Origin: a virus
Direction: 5' to 3' (one strand)
IMG/VR virus record: IMGVR_UViG_2597490185_000004
Span: 1 to 43,003 of that record
DNA length: 43,003 bases
The notes beneath the pieces were generated by a model. It made no database searches. It had not been told where the DNA came from and was given only the letters and a program-made list of their open reading frames with translations. A program made the position numbers and the translations under genes. Positions 28,901-37,517 of this stretch are shown here, one piece after another. Position 1 is the stretch's first letter. The number at the start of each line of letters is the position of its first letter.

Positions 28901-29969
28901 TAAATGAAGTAATCGAACCAATTGTTGTCTTTAAAAAAGACAGGAAGATTTTTGTGCCGCCAATTAGCAACAGGATTTTTAGTAAGGAGGTCAATGCTGA
29001 CTGATTGTTCACAACCCAAGTAAGCATTTCACGAGCAACATCTATAAATCCTGTAACCATCTCGCCAAATTGTTTGCCGTAATAGGACGCAGCATCACTC
29101 ATTAGCAGCCTATTAATGTCTTTTAGAGCATCTTTTACCGCATCCATATAACCGGCATCACCGATGGATTTAGCCATTAGCGCAGCGTTGGTTTGCATTT
29201 GAGACACCAACCCTGAATAAGTGCTCATCATCCGTTGTGCTGATCCCCGATAAGAAATCTCCATGATGTTGAGCATTCCTTTTATTGCGGTTGTAGCCTC
29301 AACTTGCCCTGACGATATGGCTTTCGTCAGTTCGCCCATAGAAAGGTTCATACTGGTTGCCATTGACTGCATGGCAGTAGGAATAGCCTCTCCTAATTGC
29401 TGACGAAGCTCTTCCATTGATATGACGCCTTTGCCGGACATCTGCTGAATTGCAATTGTTGCTCGTTTAAGCAATTCACTATCGCCACCAAATCGAGCAA
29501 CCGAATCAACCATCGCATCTAACGAACCTTTGGTTGGGTCGATCCCCGCCGATTTTAGTTTTACGAAGCTGTCTGAGATAGATTCAATAGAGAAAGGCGC
29601 ATTTTTAGCTTTATCAATGATAAAATTAAAATCACGCATTGATTCGGCTGCTTTATCCGAAGATGTAGCCAAGCCTTGTAACATGACTTGCAGGCGTTCT
29701 AATTTCCCTGCGCTATCAAGTATAGTTTTTTGCCAATCAAAAAGGGCAGTCTTTAGCGTTCCAATAGCAAAAGATGCCATACCGATTGTGGTAATCGTAT
29801 CTGACAAAGTGCGATTAAAACCTCTAAACCCGCCCTCTAAGCGCTTAACACCCGTACTCGCCTTTGTACCTTGATTAGATAGACGATTGAGTAAACGACC
29901 CGCATTATCGATCTTTATCTCAAACTCTTTGCTGTCTAGCGACAACCGAAAACCTAATGAGTCAGCCAT
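25902..29969 (-). CDS. Tail tape measure protein
   Basis: 1355 aa, helical. It has an N-terminal tape-measure domain (QMSGKGVISMEELRQQLGE) and a C-terminal FAKGG..GEG..EAYVPL..RPGGML. Confidence 0.93.
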   Translation of the reverse strand: MADSLGFRLSLDSKEFEIKIDNAGRLLNRLSNQGTKASTGVKRLEGGFRGFNRTLSDTITTIGMASFAIGTLKTALFDWQKTILDSAGKLERLQVMLQGLATSSDKAAESMRDFNFIIDKAKNAPFSIESISDSFVKLKSAGIDPTKGSLDAMVDSVARFGGDSELLKRATIAIQQMSGKGVISMEELRQQLGEAIPTAMQSMATSMNLSMGELTKAISSGQVEATTAIKGMLNIMEISYRGSAQRMMSTYSGLVSQMQTNAALMAKSIGDAGYMDAVKDALKDINRLLMSDAASYYGKQFGEMVTGFIDVAREMLTWVVNNQSALTSLLKILLLIGGTKIFLSFLKTTIGSITSFNRAIATTITGGGGGLISFGRHISTVAERSQRMGGSLNVATVAIGQMAYAWRSLNMAMKANIIIAAITTVIEIVAALAWWFGQAEQKAIDATEAARNMPSMVTDEQLALLKAKLKEQKEVLDRSNKELNDALEHREQIYNNKKSGLIVTDSVIEGVEKKYTDALKKQQDSQKDYDNNQDLIRASELARAKEHMRKKLELVMEENQKAANIRQADYQKKRSDIEKQRDADLQTNKDSTERQAEIRKKAAEDLGAAYDEEVEAQRLGLVKVRDVIGKQQEEINKKIADRTAELGDAVAAKNDVFLQKLISQKEEIGKHYYDIANQIGNLAQMVKDGKELMFNGWKGLDGNFNDGANDALEKRLSTIRKNNERLSLGDRINSGEKVATIDGRIAKGEKEAEANFQIIEALVGKKIAVDNLSEAYAKLSVAEKKEIDVALANARIQDEADRRKSSHQGESKEAKAKRLAEKMAEENKKILDQAESVAEKVGFGSTEVIKYKQSIDALTKSLSKLGSSKPEDGILSQEQIDKAKAQLAEITAGADDYQKALTKDSADQLISKWAGFANTVKGNMTQSVAEMRSEFEKNHQEADEYFAKIIKANENNIEISKYLKAEQAKFHVGKEEAMVRMTETATARMAYDYQNLGKLIDENMKNIFDNLEDKLMEFLDTGKFNIADFGNFIFKELQRSFIRSMVISPMINGLGLGAGGDTGESLISKIGGAVGSIGSMFGGSSAKEGDDGIAKSTQALGKAATETTGALKTMQSDGIFSTIAGYAQQLWAMITGTTATQTKSAADISATTTVTSFSVALGLARSAVISFIASLTASSSASTAGSIVSMAGTIGSTVAAGYGGGASAGVGAAGSAANTGAMGMSTSWQSYTSTFAKGGIMGSLGEIPLKAYSKGGIATSPQLALFGEGSHNEAYVPLPDGRRIPVNMNIAGDDIGAGSDKNVVISISVVNQGGDKEEKSNSSNESAWNETAQKIKSIVLETMTEEKRPGGMLTE

Positions 29970-29971
29970 CC

Positions 29972-30328
29972 TTAGCCCCTACCGAATATATTCCTTAATT
30001 TCAATTCGGCATCTGGATCAGATTCGGCATGGAAAGGTGACAACACCTTTTTCATGATGACCGGCTGCCCCAATCGTTGCTGTAAACTTTTCTCAAATGC
30101 CGTATAACTATCCGCCGTTGCCTGAGCACCCCTTACTGTCTGCAAACGGCGAATATCATCTTCTGACTTGATACGGTCTATGTTCCGACTTAATAACCAG
30201 AACCGTTCAAGCGGCATGGCGATAACCGATTCCGTGGTTTCGCCATAGAAAGCAACAACACGACAAAAGTAGAAACCGAAATCGATAGAAATAATTTCGA
30301 CTCCGTTTTCTTGACGGGTTATTACTTT
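29972..30328 (-). CDS. Tail assembly chaperone gpT-like frame, probably reached by -1 frameshift
   Basis: The frame of 29972..30217 stays open upstream across the gpG stop (KVITRQENGVEIISIDFGFYFCRVVAFYGETTESVIAMPLE...). It is the -1 frame relative to gpG. Confidence 0.75.
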   Translation of the reverse strand, partial: KVITRQENGVEIISIDFGFYFCRVVAFYGETTESVIAMPLERFWLLSRNIDRIKSEDDIRRLQTVRGAQATADSYTAFEKSLQQRLGQPVIMKKVLSPFHAESDPDAELKLRNIFGRG

Positions 30329-30651
30329 GCGTCTTCTCCAGCGTGATGCTCATTGGTTTCTTCGCCTTCATGAAATGCAAAGAGGACAATTTGCTGGATT
30401 TGTTCTGGCGTCAGGTTCTCTACCTCAGCTTTTGCCATTTCAGGAAGCAGCTTGCGAACAATTTCAATACCCGCCTTTAATTGCTCAACCGGAGTTTGGT
30501 TTTCAATATCCTCAGAGTGAAATTGCTGCGCCAGCGCAAACAGACCAACCGTCATTGGCGACATTTTATAATTCACACCACGCAGAGTAACTTCTTTAGG
30601 TTTTGGGGCAATTGCATCAAGGTCAAGTAATTTTGCCATCTTAAACTCCAT
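30322..30651 (-). CDS. Tail assembly chaperone gpG-like
   Basis: Small acidic protein between the major tail and tape measure genes; ends GCA AAG TAA. Confidence 0.8.
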   Translation of the reverse strand: MEFKMAKLLDLDAIAPKPKEVTLRGVNYKMSPMTVGLFALAQQFHSEDIENQTPVEQLKAGIEIVRKLLPEMAKAEVENLTPEQIQQIVLFAFHEGEETNEHHAGEDAK

Positions 30652-30656
30652 GTAAT

Positions 30657-30681
30657 AAAAAGGGCTTCTATTCGAAGCCCT
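30657..30681 (-). terminator. Intrinsic terminator downstream of the major tail gene
   Basis: Minus strand AGGGCTTC-GAATA-GAAGCCCT-TTTT. Confidence 0.65.
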
Positions 30682-30690
30682 ATAATATAA

Positions 30691-30708
30691 TAGGTATAAA
30701 CATACTTA
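30691..30708. promoter_or_regulatory. 18-bp palindromic operator-like box
   Basis: TAGGTA-TAAACA-TACTTA. Confidence 0.7.
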
Positions 30709-30814
30709 CCAGATTAAATTAATTAATCTTGATTTGTCTCGTGCTCTGTCACAGATTGACTATTCTGAACCACGCCTCTCTCTAATTCTTTATCTTTAGG
30801 AGCATGTTCAGTAC

Positions 30815-31306
30815 TTACTTTTTTTTTGCCATTTTTCCTAATACACCACTGTCATCAGGGTAGGCATTAAATTCAATATTGAACACACGAACATCATCAT
30901 GCTTGTATGCCATATTGAAGCTACCTGCTGTTGCAGTACGAGGCAAGGTGAGAACATAATCATCTTTGTTCAATGGAGTTAGGACAAGGGATTGAGCAAC
31001 TTCAACCAGATTGATACCGATACCGGTCTTGATGGTGATCTCATCACCTGAACCACCGACTTCACTGCCCGGCATTACTGTTGCCAAACGTTCCAGCACA
31101 GTTTCAGCCAAAGGTACAGTGACTTTGATGTTACGCCCCTGAATCAGTTCAGAAACAGTTGTTTCACCAAACTGATCAACAGTCACTTTCAGCGTATCGG
31201 TTGTAACTTCAACTTCAACACCACCCTTGGTATACCCCAAATCAATGCCATTAAAAGAAACATTACACGCACCTAGCTTAATATTCTCTACTTTATTTCC
31301 AGCCAT
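30815..31306 (-). CDS. Major tail tube protein
   Basis: NIKLGACNVSF..DLGYTKGGVEVEV..VDQFG; positioned before the chaperones and tape measure. Confidence 0.85.
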   Translation of the reverse strand: MAGNKVENIKLGACNVSFNGIDLGYTKGGVEVEVTTDTLKVTVDQFGETTVSELIQGRNIKVTVPLAETVLERLATVMPGSEVGGSGDEITIKTGIGINLVEVAQSLVLTPLNKDDYVLTLPRTATAGSFNMAYKHDDVRVFNIEFNAYPDDSGVLGKMAKKK

Positions 31307-31323
31307 AAGTATTCCCTTACTTA
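31306..31323. promoter_or_regulatory. 18-bp palindromic operator-like box overlapping the major tail gene RBS/start
   Basis: TAAGTA-TTCCCT-TACTTA. Confidence 0.65.
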
Positions 31324-31709
31324 TTAAGTATATAACAACTAAACTCTATCACAACACCTGCTTCAAAAGAACCCCCATCGTTTTGAGGATAGATAGCCGG
31401 TAATGTAACAGCCTGAATAAAATTAAAGTATACGCCTTTTATCTGAACATCCCGCACAGAAAGGTGCTTCATAATTGATGTACTCAGTTCAGTAACCTTA
31501 CTAATGCTTTCTGCTCTGATCATCAAAGGAAAAATATCTTGGTAATAGCCCGTTAATTCGTTATCTATTGCAATGCCATCATTAGGCGACATAACCAAAA
31601 ATCCACGTGTCACTTTTGGCGGCATATAGTAACAAAACAGGTCCTTGCCAATCACCCCGACCTTTTTAGATCCAAGATATTCCGTAAAAGCTTCAAGAAT
31701 CATTTCCAT
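31317..31709 (-). CDS. Putative tail terminator
   Basis: 130 aa, immediately upstream of the major tail gene; assigned by synteny. Confidence 0.6.
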   Translation of the reverse strand: MEMILEAFTEYLGSKKVGVIGKDLFCYYMPPKVTRGFLVMSPNDGIAIDNELTGYYQDIFPLMIRAESISKVTELSTSIMKHLSVRDVQIKGVYFNFIQAVTLPAIYPQNDGGSFEAGVVIEFSCYILNK

Positions 31710-32197
31710 CTACCTCTGCCGAAACCAGCACGTATACCTGCATCTTTCAGATCATCTCGACGCCGTTTCCAAACTGTGTTTCCTGCGCGTTCAATATAGT
31801 TTTTTCCAACCTTAACTTTCATGCCTGAACCGTAGTTTTCTACCTGCTTGAGCCTTGACTTAACCCCTAGTCGATACTGTGAACTGTTCATATAACCGGC
31901 ATACACACCAATAGGTACGCGTCTTACAGGTCTTTTGTTGTTGCCAATGCCAGATCTCATTTTGCTTTCCGAGACATACAGGTTCACATGAACTTCGTTC
32001 TTTGAATTCACTACATGAGCGAAAACGGAGCTTTCAAGACTACCTGTTTCACGGGGCGTCATCGCGCGAGCATATTTCTGCATTTCCGCCGCCATCTTAC
32101 GAAGCTCATTCAAAAGGTTTCGCTTCAACGCATTCTGGCTATGGGTCAGTTTTTCCTGAGCACGCTTAAATGAGCCAATATCTACTGAGATACCCAT
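31700..32197 (-). CDS. Tail completion / neck protein (HK97 gp10-like)
   Basis: Basic protein with ARAMTPRETGSLESS and YAGYM motifs; synteny. Confidence 0.7.
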   Translation of the reverse strand: MGISVDIGSFKRAQEKLTHSQNALKRNLLNELRKMAAEMQKYARAMTPRETGSLESSVFAHVVNSKNEVHVNLYVSESKMRSGIGNNKRPVRRVPIGVYAGYMNSSQYRLGVKSRLKQVENYGSGMKVKVGKNYIERAGNTVWKRRRDDLKDAGIRAGFGRGRWK

Positions 32198-32535
32198 AAA
32201 TTAGCCCCCACTTCAAAATGCCCCTCCTTTCCTCTGAGTCCGAATCGGTTATGAACTCTTTTTACTTCCAGTTTCACCCCCTCGATCAACAGCACATCAT
32301 CCAGTTTTAGCTTTGACGACTTAGGAAATATGATCACCGCATCAAAAAGCTCCATATCTGCTTTTCCTCGTGAAGCCGAGCTATCAGCACGTACAGAAGT
32401 CCGGTCGTATTCCTCGATGAAACGAACGATCCCGACATCTGCTTTACCCGCGAAAAACAGCTTTGGCTCTCCGTACATGGATAACGTTTCTGACTTCCGA
32501 TAAATTGTTGCAGTTGATTGCCGGCTAAACTTCAT
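32182..32535 (-). CDS. Putative head closure protein
   Basis: The likely start is MKFSRQ at 32535 after GGGGTGAT. It is about 117 aa and beta-rich, with DMYG-like SMYGEP and LKLDDVLLIEG; synteny. Confidence 0.6.
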   Translation of the reverse strand: MKFSRQSTATIYRKSETLSMYGEPKLFFAGKADVGIVRFIEEYDRTSVRADSSASRGKADMELFDAVIIFPKSSKLKLDDVLLIEGVKLEVKRVHNRFGLRGKEGHFEVGANLWVSQ

Positions 32536-32536
32536 A

Positions 32537-33376
32537 TCACCCCCTACGAATACGGATAGTGTTGTCGATGTAACGAGCGATAATCCGCCATGTTTTACGT
32601 GACAATGAACGGGTAGCTGATCTGCCGCTACGATACATATTGGTCGTCTCACCAATTGATTCTGACAACAAACCATCATCCCGCGCATCAGAAGCCCCAC
32701 CGTTCTCAACGACAGCGACAGCTTCAATCATGCAGGCTTCCGCCAAGTCTTTAAGGAAATAATCTGGCAATGATCTGAATTCTTCTTCGCTCAGTTCAGC
32801 AAAATCAATTATGTTGTTTTTAAATTCACCTGATAGATAAAAAGGCAGGGTGTTGGCGGTCAGTACGTTTTGAGGTCGATCGTACTCGTTATCTGAGATT
32901 TTGTAGACCTTTTTGATATCGAATCGCATGTTTTTTAGACGTTTTGTGGCTTCCATTAATGCCTGACGCTGTGTATGGCCGTTCAGCATTAAGAAGCTGT
33001 CTGAGGCGTACATATCCATAGCCGCCAGTTTCGCTTCCATCAACGACACAAATGATTCGCCTGGCACTGACAAATCTAATGAGTTGATAATTGCGTAATA
33101 CTGCTCATACTCAGATACGCGACCGCTCTGTGTCACCGACTTAACGATCACACGACGTATATCCTTTGATTTATCACCAGCCAATTCGTTATGTTCGCCT
33201 GAAACTGAGAACGAAATGCTCAAATCACCGCTTTCGATGGCGATAGGAACGTCTTCAACAACAGCTTTACCGGAAATATCAAACAATGAGTAAGTGGCTG
33301 ATTCGACATCAAGAGCATCAAACACAAAGGTGAGAGATACGGTGTTTCCCGATTTAACCACGTCCAGTTTTGACAT
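32537..33376 (-). CDS. Putative head-tail adaptor
   Basis: SFVSLMEA...ALMEATKRL...GLLSESIGE, a pattern typical of adaptor proteins; synteny. Confidence 0.6.
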   Translation of the reverse strand: MSKLDVVKSGNTVSLTFVFDALDVESATYSLFDISGKAVVEDVPIAIESGDLSISFSVSGEHNELAGDKSKDIRRVIVKSVTQSGRVSEYEQYYAIINSLDLSVPGESFVSLMEAKLAAMDMYASDSFLMLNGHTQRQALMEATKRLKNMRFDIKKVYKISDNEYDRPQNVLTANTLPFYLSGEFKNNIIDFAELSEEEFRSLPDYFLKDLAEACMIEAVAVVENGGASDARDDGLLSESIGETTNMYRSGRSATRSLSRKTWRIIARYIDNTIRIRRG

Positions 33377-33801
33377 TATTCACCTGCGATTTTCAAGATG
33401 CTTTCGATCATGGCTTCGATTGATTTTTCTCGCACATCTAGATCATTACCGATTTTACGTAACGCCGAAATGCCGCCTTTATCGGCCACAGCTTCTAATT
33501 CTGCTCGTGAATAGCGAACACCCGCTTTTTCGGCAGTTCGTTCCATCGGTTTTACTGGTTGCGCTTTAGTTTCCGCTTCGAGGGCTTGTTTCGCTGTTAA
33601 TTCGCGGGATTCTGATAATGAGGCTGCGCCACTCATGTTTTTACCGTCGATAGTTTCTGCTTTCATAATTGAGCAAATACGCTGCTGATCGAGGAACGGG
33701 ATTAGTGATTTACTAACACCGTTTTCAAATTCAACTCCAAACATAACACCGTTGTAACCGGAGAATGCAGATTCAATGAGTTTGATTTTGGCTGGATTCA
33801 T
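33376..33801 (-). CDS. Hypothetical head-region protein
   Basis: 141 aa. The N-terminal ~50 aa are similar to the 33849..34055 product, and the C-terminal part (ELEAVADKGGISALRKIG) is a small helical domain. Confidence 0.7.
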   Translation of the reverse strand: MNPAKIKLIESAFSGYNGVMFGVEFENGVSKSLIPFLDQQRICSIMKAETIDGKNMSGAASLSESRELTAKQALEAETKAQPVKPMERTAEKAGVRYSRAELEAVADKGGISALRKIGNDLDVREKSIEAMIESILKIAGE

Positions 33802-33848
33802 TTTTTTCTTTCCTTAAAGTGTGTGCGGTCGTCCTGACCACACTTAAT

Positions 33849-34055
33849 TTACTCGCCTGAATCGTCTGCCTTTTCCGGTTCAGGCTTCTTAACTGTATCT
33901 GCCACTAACTCTGAGCGAACCGTTGATAAAATACGTTCTTGTTTACGCTGACTTACCGGTGACACAGTTACGCCATCCTTAAAACCGGTCATAAACAAAT
34001 GTCCCGTGTAACCACGCATTGATCTTTCGGTCAGCTTTACTTTCTTTTCGGCCAT
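33849..34055 (-). CDS. Hypothetical head-region protein
   Basis: 68 aa with RBS AAGGGA; paralogous to the N-terminus of the downstream gene. Confidence 0.7.
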   Translation of the reverse strand: MAEKKVKLTERSMRGYTGHLFMTGFKDGVTVSPVSQRKQERILSTVRSELVADTVKKPEPEKADDSGE

Positions 34056-34073
34056 AGTTTTATTCCCTTATAT

Positions 34074-34107
34074 GAAAAAAGGGTGGGCTTTCGCCTCACC
34101 CTTTTTC
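34074..34107. terminator. Intrinsic terminator after the major capsid gene
   Basis: GAAAAAAGGGTGGGC-TTTC-GCCTCACCCTTTTTC, with A/T tracts on both sides. Confidence 0.8.
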
Positions 34108-34122
34108 GGTCACAAGTACCTG

Positions 34123-35007
34123 TTACAGTGCAACGCCAGTCAGTGCTGAAATTGCCTTGTCGTGTTTGTTTGCCAGAGAGCAATACCATTTAACACGAGT
34201 ACGGGTGGCATCTTTGTTCTGCACTGTACCGATGCTTTCAACAACGATACCGGCGTTGTCACCGCCGTACAGACCGGTCAGACCGTTTTCTTCGCTCAGG
34301 TGCAGACAGTAAATGTCAGCTTTCTTCGCTTTAGTATCGCCAACAACAGGAATAAAGTCGTTCACAATGAACGGTACACCGTTGTGGGTCAGCATTGGGC
34401 GACCAAAGTTTTCGATCATGATTTCTTGTGGGCCGACATTTACAGTACGCAACAATGCACGATAGGCACGAATATGCTCAGAGCGCATCATGATAGCGTC
34501 AGCACCTAAATCTTTAACCGCATCGACCAGTTCATCCAGCATGGAAAAGGTCATGGCGGAATCGGCAACAATTTTTTGGTCGTTGTGGATCAGCTTCGGA
34601 ATACCGTCGAATGACTTAGCGTTTGTAACACTGTCACCTAAAATCAGGTTACGGCGGAATGCACGAGCCAGACCTTTCACTTTAGCGCGGATCTGAATAG
34701 CCAACTGGCTATTGGTGTCGGCCATAGTGGTCGCGAGGAATTTATCAACGTCCACGTCACCTGCCATGATTCGCAGTTTAGCAACGTGTTCAGTGAACTT
34801 AGCCGCACCTTCCGGTACGACGTCATTCACGTCAATGAAAGTAGCCTCACTCAGTTCAGATTCGCGGTTGTACAGGTACGCCTTAGAATCCACTTTCATG
34901 AATGGAAGTACCGCAAACAAATCTTCGCGGTCGATAATAGTTTCGATAACGCCTTGTTCTAAAGTGTTATTCGACAGCTTTTCAGCTTCTTCACGCAGTA
35001 ATGGCAT
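34123..35007 (-). CDS. Major capsid protein (HK97 fold)
   Basis: 294 aa with GDVDVDKF, LILGD...FDGI and LDELVDAV; follows the scaffold gene and precedes a strong terminator. Confidence 0.88.
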   Translation of the reverse strand: MPLLREEAEKLSNNTLEQGVIETIIDREDLFAVLPFMKVDSKAYLYNRESELSEATFIDVNDVVPEGAAKFTEHVAKLRIMAGDVDVDKFLATTMADTNSQLAIQIRAKVKGLARAFRRNLILGDSVTNAKSFDGIPKLIHNDQKIVADSAMTFSMLDELVDAVKDLGADAIMMRSEHIRAYRALLRTVNVGPQEIMIENFGRPMLTHNGVPFIVNDFIPVVGDTKAKKADIYCLHLSEENGLTGLYGGDNAGIVVESIGTVQNKDATRTRVKWYCSLANKHDKAISALTGVAL

Positions 35008-35072
35008 CGTAAGTTCCCTTTATACGCACACACAAACATTGATTCGGGGAACATCCTGTTCCCCATTTTGCT

Positions 35073-35939
35073 TTAATTGCCGGAGCGCATTTTTGCCACG
35101 CCAGCGGCGATTTTATCGAGAGCATTCAGCTCCTTCAGTGCCGGCTTACCACCTGCACCCAAATCGGTATTTGAACCTGCACCCGGCCTCGCTTTGCTAC
35201 GCAACAGAGCATCAGATTCAGGGTCGGCTTTTAAAATCCGCTCAATGGCCTGCTCAAACGCTAACGGTGAGCCGTTGCCATCTACCAGAACAGCACGTTC
35301 TTTTGCACCAGCAGGTTTGTCATAACCAACAACGATACCGTCTTCACCCACTTCAAAATGCCCCCCGTAAATAACGCGGGCCTTTGATGGGGTAATCAGA
35401 GTTTCTTCACGCAGGAAGTTCGAGCCACTGAATGCAGAACCGACCGTTAGCTCAAGAATTTGAGAACGCAGTGTGTCTTTTTCACCTGCAAGGGTCGCAA
35501 TCACATCGTCACGGCCTTTCAGTTCGGCTTGGTGTGCTTCAATCATCTGCTTTTTGACAGCATCGAATTCACCACGTTTCTCTTGTTCTTCCTGTTCACG
35601 GCGCTGTTTTTCTTCTTCCGCAGTTTTCTTAGCAGTGAGAAGTTCGGTAATTTGTTCAGGGGTTGCGTCACCAAATGCGGCCAATTTATCTGTCAGCGAT
35701 TTGTTTTCGGTTTTGCGCTTCATCGTTTCCTTAACGAGATTCGCCTTTTCCGTTTCGGACGCCTTTAGGCGATTAATCAATTGTTCTTGTGAAAGATCGA
35801 CGTAATCATCTTTAAGCTCTTCGGTTTTCCTCTCTGGTTCACCAGCAGAAACACCACCGCCACTACCACCCTGTATACCATCGTCCGCAACATCCATTAA
35901 GATGCCACGATTCGCCATCAGCATTTGCCATAAATTCAT
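35073..35939 (-). CDS. Capsid scaffolding protein
   Basis: Charged coiled-coil protein between the portal and capsid genes, with a Gly-rich C-terminal GAGS motif. Confidence 0.75.
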   Translation of the reverse strand: MNLWQMLMANRGILMDVADDGIQGGSGGGVSAGEPERKTEELKDDYVDLSQEQLINRLKASETEKANLVKETMKRKTENKSLTDKLAAFGDATPEQITELLTAKKTAEEEKQRREQEEQEKRGEFDAVKKQMIEAHQAELKGRDDVIATLAGEKDTLRSQILELTVGSAFSGSNFLREETLITPSKARVIYGGHFEVGEDGIVVGYDKPAGAKERAVLVDGNGSPLAFEQAIERILKADPESDALLRSKARPGAGSNTDLGAGGKPALKELNALDKIAAGVAKMRSGN

Positions 35940-36018
35940 CGTTTACTTTCCTTGTAAAAATCACTCGGTTTCTTGAGTCGATTTCGGATCTGTCTCTCGA
36001 TCTTTTCCGATTAAATAA

Positions 36019-36036
36019 TAGGTATTTACCTACTTA
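36019..36036. promoter_or_regulatory. 18-bp palindromic operator-like box
   Basis: TAGGTA-TTTACC-TACTTA, overlapping the portal stop and upstream of the scaffold gene. Confidence 0.7.
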
Positions 36037-37517
36037 CTTTCAAGCGTTAATTGCGCATTTTTAAGCGGAAATTCCCTTAAATCGCTTTCAAAAGCCGATT
36101 TCATGGTTTTTGAAACATTGGGGAAGATCTTGTCAATCAAGATTTCCATTTGGTGACGGCGTACTGAATCAGGCGCTTCAATCTCTTTTAGCTGTTTCGC
36201 AACATCAAATTCATCCATCAAACCGCGAACATCGAAGCTTTCGGGGTATGAAACGAGTTGATCAATTTCTTCCTGTGACTTTTCCTGCCCCATCCATTTA
36301 GCTGCAAGGTAAAGCATCTGACGTTCCGCTCGTTGTAACCGCTCGGCTTTCGTAATAAGCAAACTATTCACGCGCTGGAAGTCATACGCTTTAGCCGCAC
36401 CTGAACTATTGTCGATACCTTTAGCGTTATCCTGTTTGGTACGCTCGCCAGCCACACCTACCGAATGGTAGATTTCGTTGATAACTGTCTGGACGGTTTG
36501 AATAATCATTGATGCCTGTTTTGGATCTGGTGACATATAAAACGGCTGCGCTCCACCTTCTGCGTCATAAGTGAAAACTCTCTTCGTACCAAACTCTAAA
36601 ACTTTTTTATGATCATCATCACCAGGCAACATTGACTGAACCGGTATCGCCAATTGACTGAAAGTCTGGTCTTGGATAATGGCATCGAGGTTAGACAGAT
36701 AGTTGGCCACGGCTCGGTCGAGGTAGGCGATATCATCAATCAGCGACGGGCTGAAATAACGCGATTCAGCATTCCCCATGCAATCCACCGGAAATACGGG
36801 TACAACGCCCAAGTTATGCTCACCTGAGTTTTCGATACTGATCTGCGTTTGCTTACCGCTACCTTTCTTCGTTTCCTTGAACAGATACCAGTCATTTTGT
36901 GTCCATAAACGGTAACGGTTTTGCTGTTTACCAGATGAATTGAATGGATCTGCATCGTCACGAACTAACTCATGTGTTAAAGCCCAAAGCATGTTGCCGT
37001 CATCGTCATAGGCAAAATCCAGCATTTGCTGTGGAGGCATCCAATAGGCATAAGCACGGGCATCGGTTTTCTTTTCATCCGCGACTGATGACACATCAAT
37101 GTTTTTCATTGTGGAATCGACAACGACCCAAATACGACCAAACACCGACGTTTGAATGTCGATAGATACCATCAGCTCATCAATCGTCATTTGCTCACGG
37201 GTGGCGCGATCCCAAAAATTTTTAACGGAGTCAGGTGCATCCTCGCGTTCACGAGAAATGTTCTCTCTGAATATGTATTTGTTGATTAAGTTAACGACCT
37301 CACGAGTATGGTTAAACCGATAGGCTCGTTCTAAACGTTCCTTAAATTCAGTGTCACCCTCTTTAAAGTAACGAAAGATGTTATCCGCGAACCACTTTCG
37401 GCCGCCAGCGTAGGTGGATGCCAAGAAATTCCAATGTTCAATCCGCCCCTCATATTCAGGATGCCGACGCTCAACCAGTTCCTTTAATTTTTTTCCATCT
37501 AGATTTTCATTGTCCAT
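36030..37517 (-). CDS. Portal protein
   Basis: 495 aa following TerL, with HPEY..W, RLERA..FN, HNLGVVPV and SSGAAK motifs. Confidence 0.88.
   Translation of the reverse strand: MDNENLDGKKLKELVERRHPEYEGRIEHWNFLASTYAGGRKWFADNIFRYFKEGDTEFKERLERAYRFNHTREVVNLINKYIFRENISREREDAPDSVKNFWDRATREQMTIDELMVSIDIQTSVFGRIWVVVDSTMKNIDVSSVADEKKTDARAYAYWMPPQQMLDFAYDDDGNMLWALTHELVRDDADPFNSSGKQQNRYRLWTQNDWYLFKETKKGSGKQTQISIENSGEHNLGVVPVFPVDCMGNAESRYFSPSLIDDIAYLDRAVANYLSNLDAIIQDQTFSQLAIPVQSMLPGDDDHKKVLEFGTKRVFTYDAEGGAQPFYMSPDPKQASMIIQTVQTVINEIYHSVGVAGERTKQDNAKGIDNSSGAAKAYDFQRVNSLLITKAERLQRAERQMLYLAAKWMGQEKSQEEIDQLVSYPESFDVRGLMDEFDVAKQLKEIEAPDSVRRHQMEILIDKIFPNVSKTMKSAFESDLREFPLKNAQLTLESK

Noticed and set aside
30207-30389. 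60-aa minus-strand ORF bridging gpG and gpT
   Set aside because: It is in the third frame, and the -1 frame explains the region better.
32536-32727. N-terminal extension of ORF 32182..32727
   Set aside because: It overlaps the adaptor gene in another frame; the ATG at 32535 has an RBS and gives a typical size.
34712-35805. Several plus-strand ORFs over the capsid and scaffold genes, and similarly 38766..39332 and 42428..42829
   Set aside because: They are antisense to well-supported genes and have no recognisable motifs.
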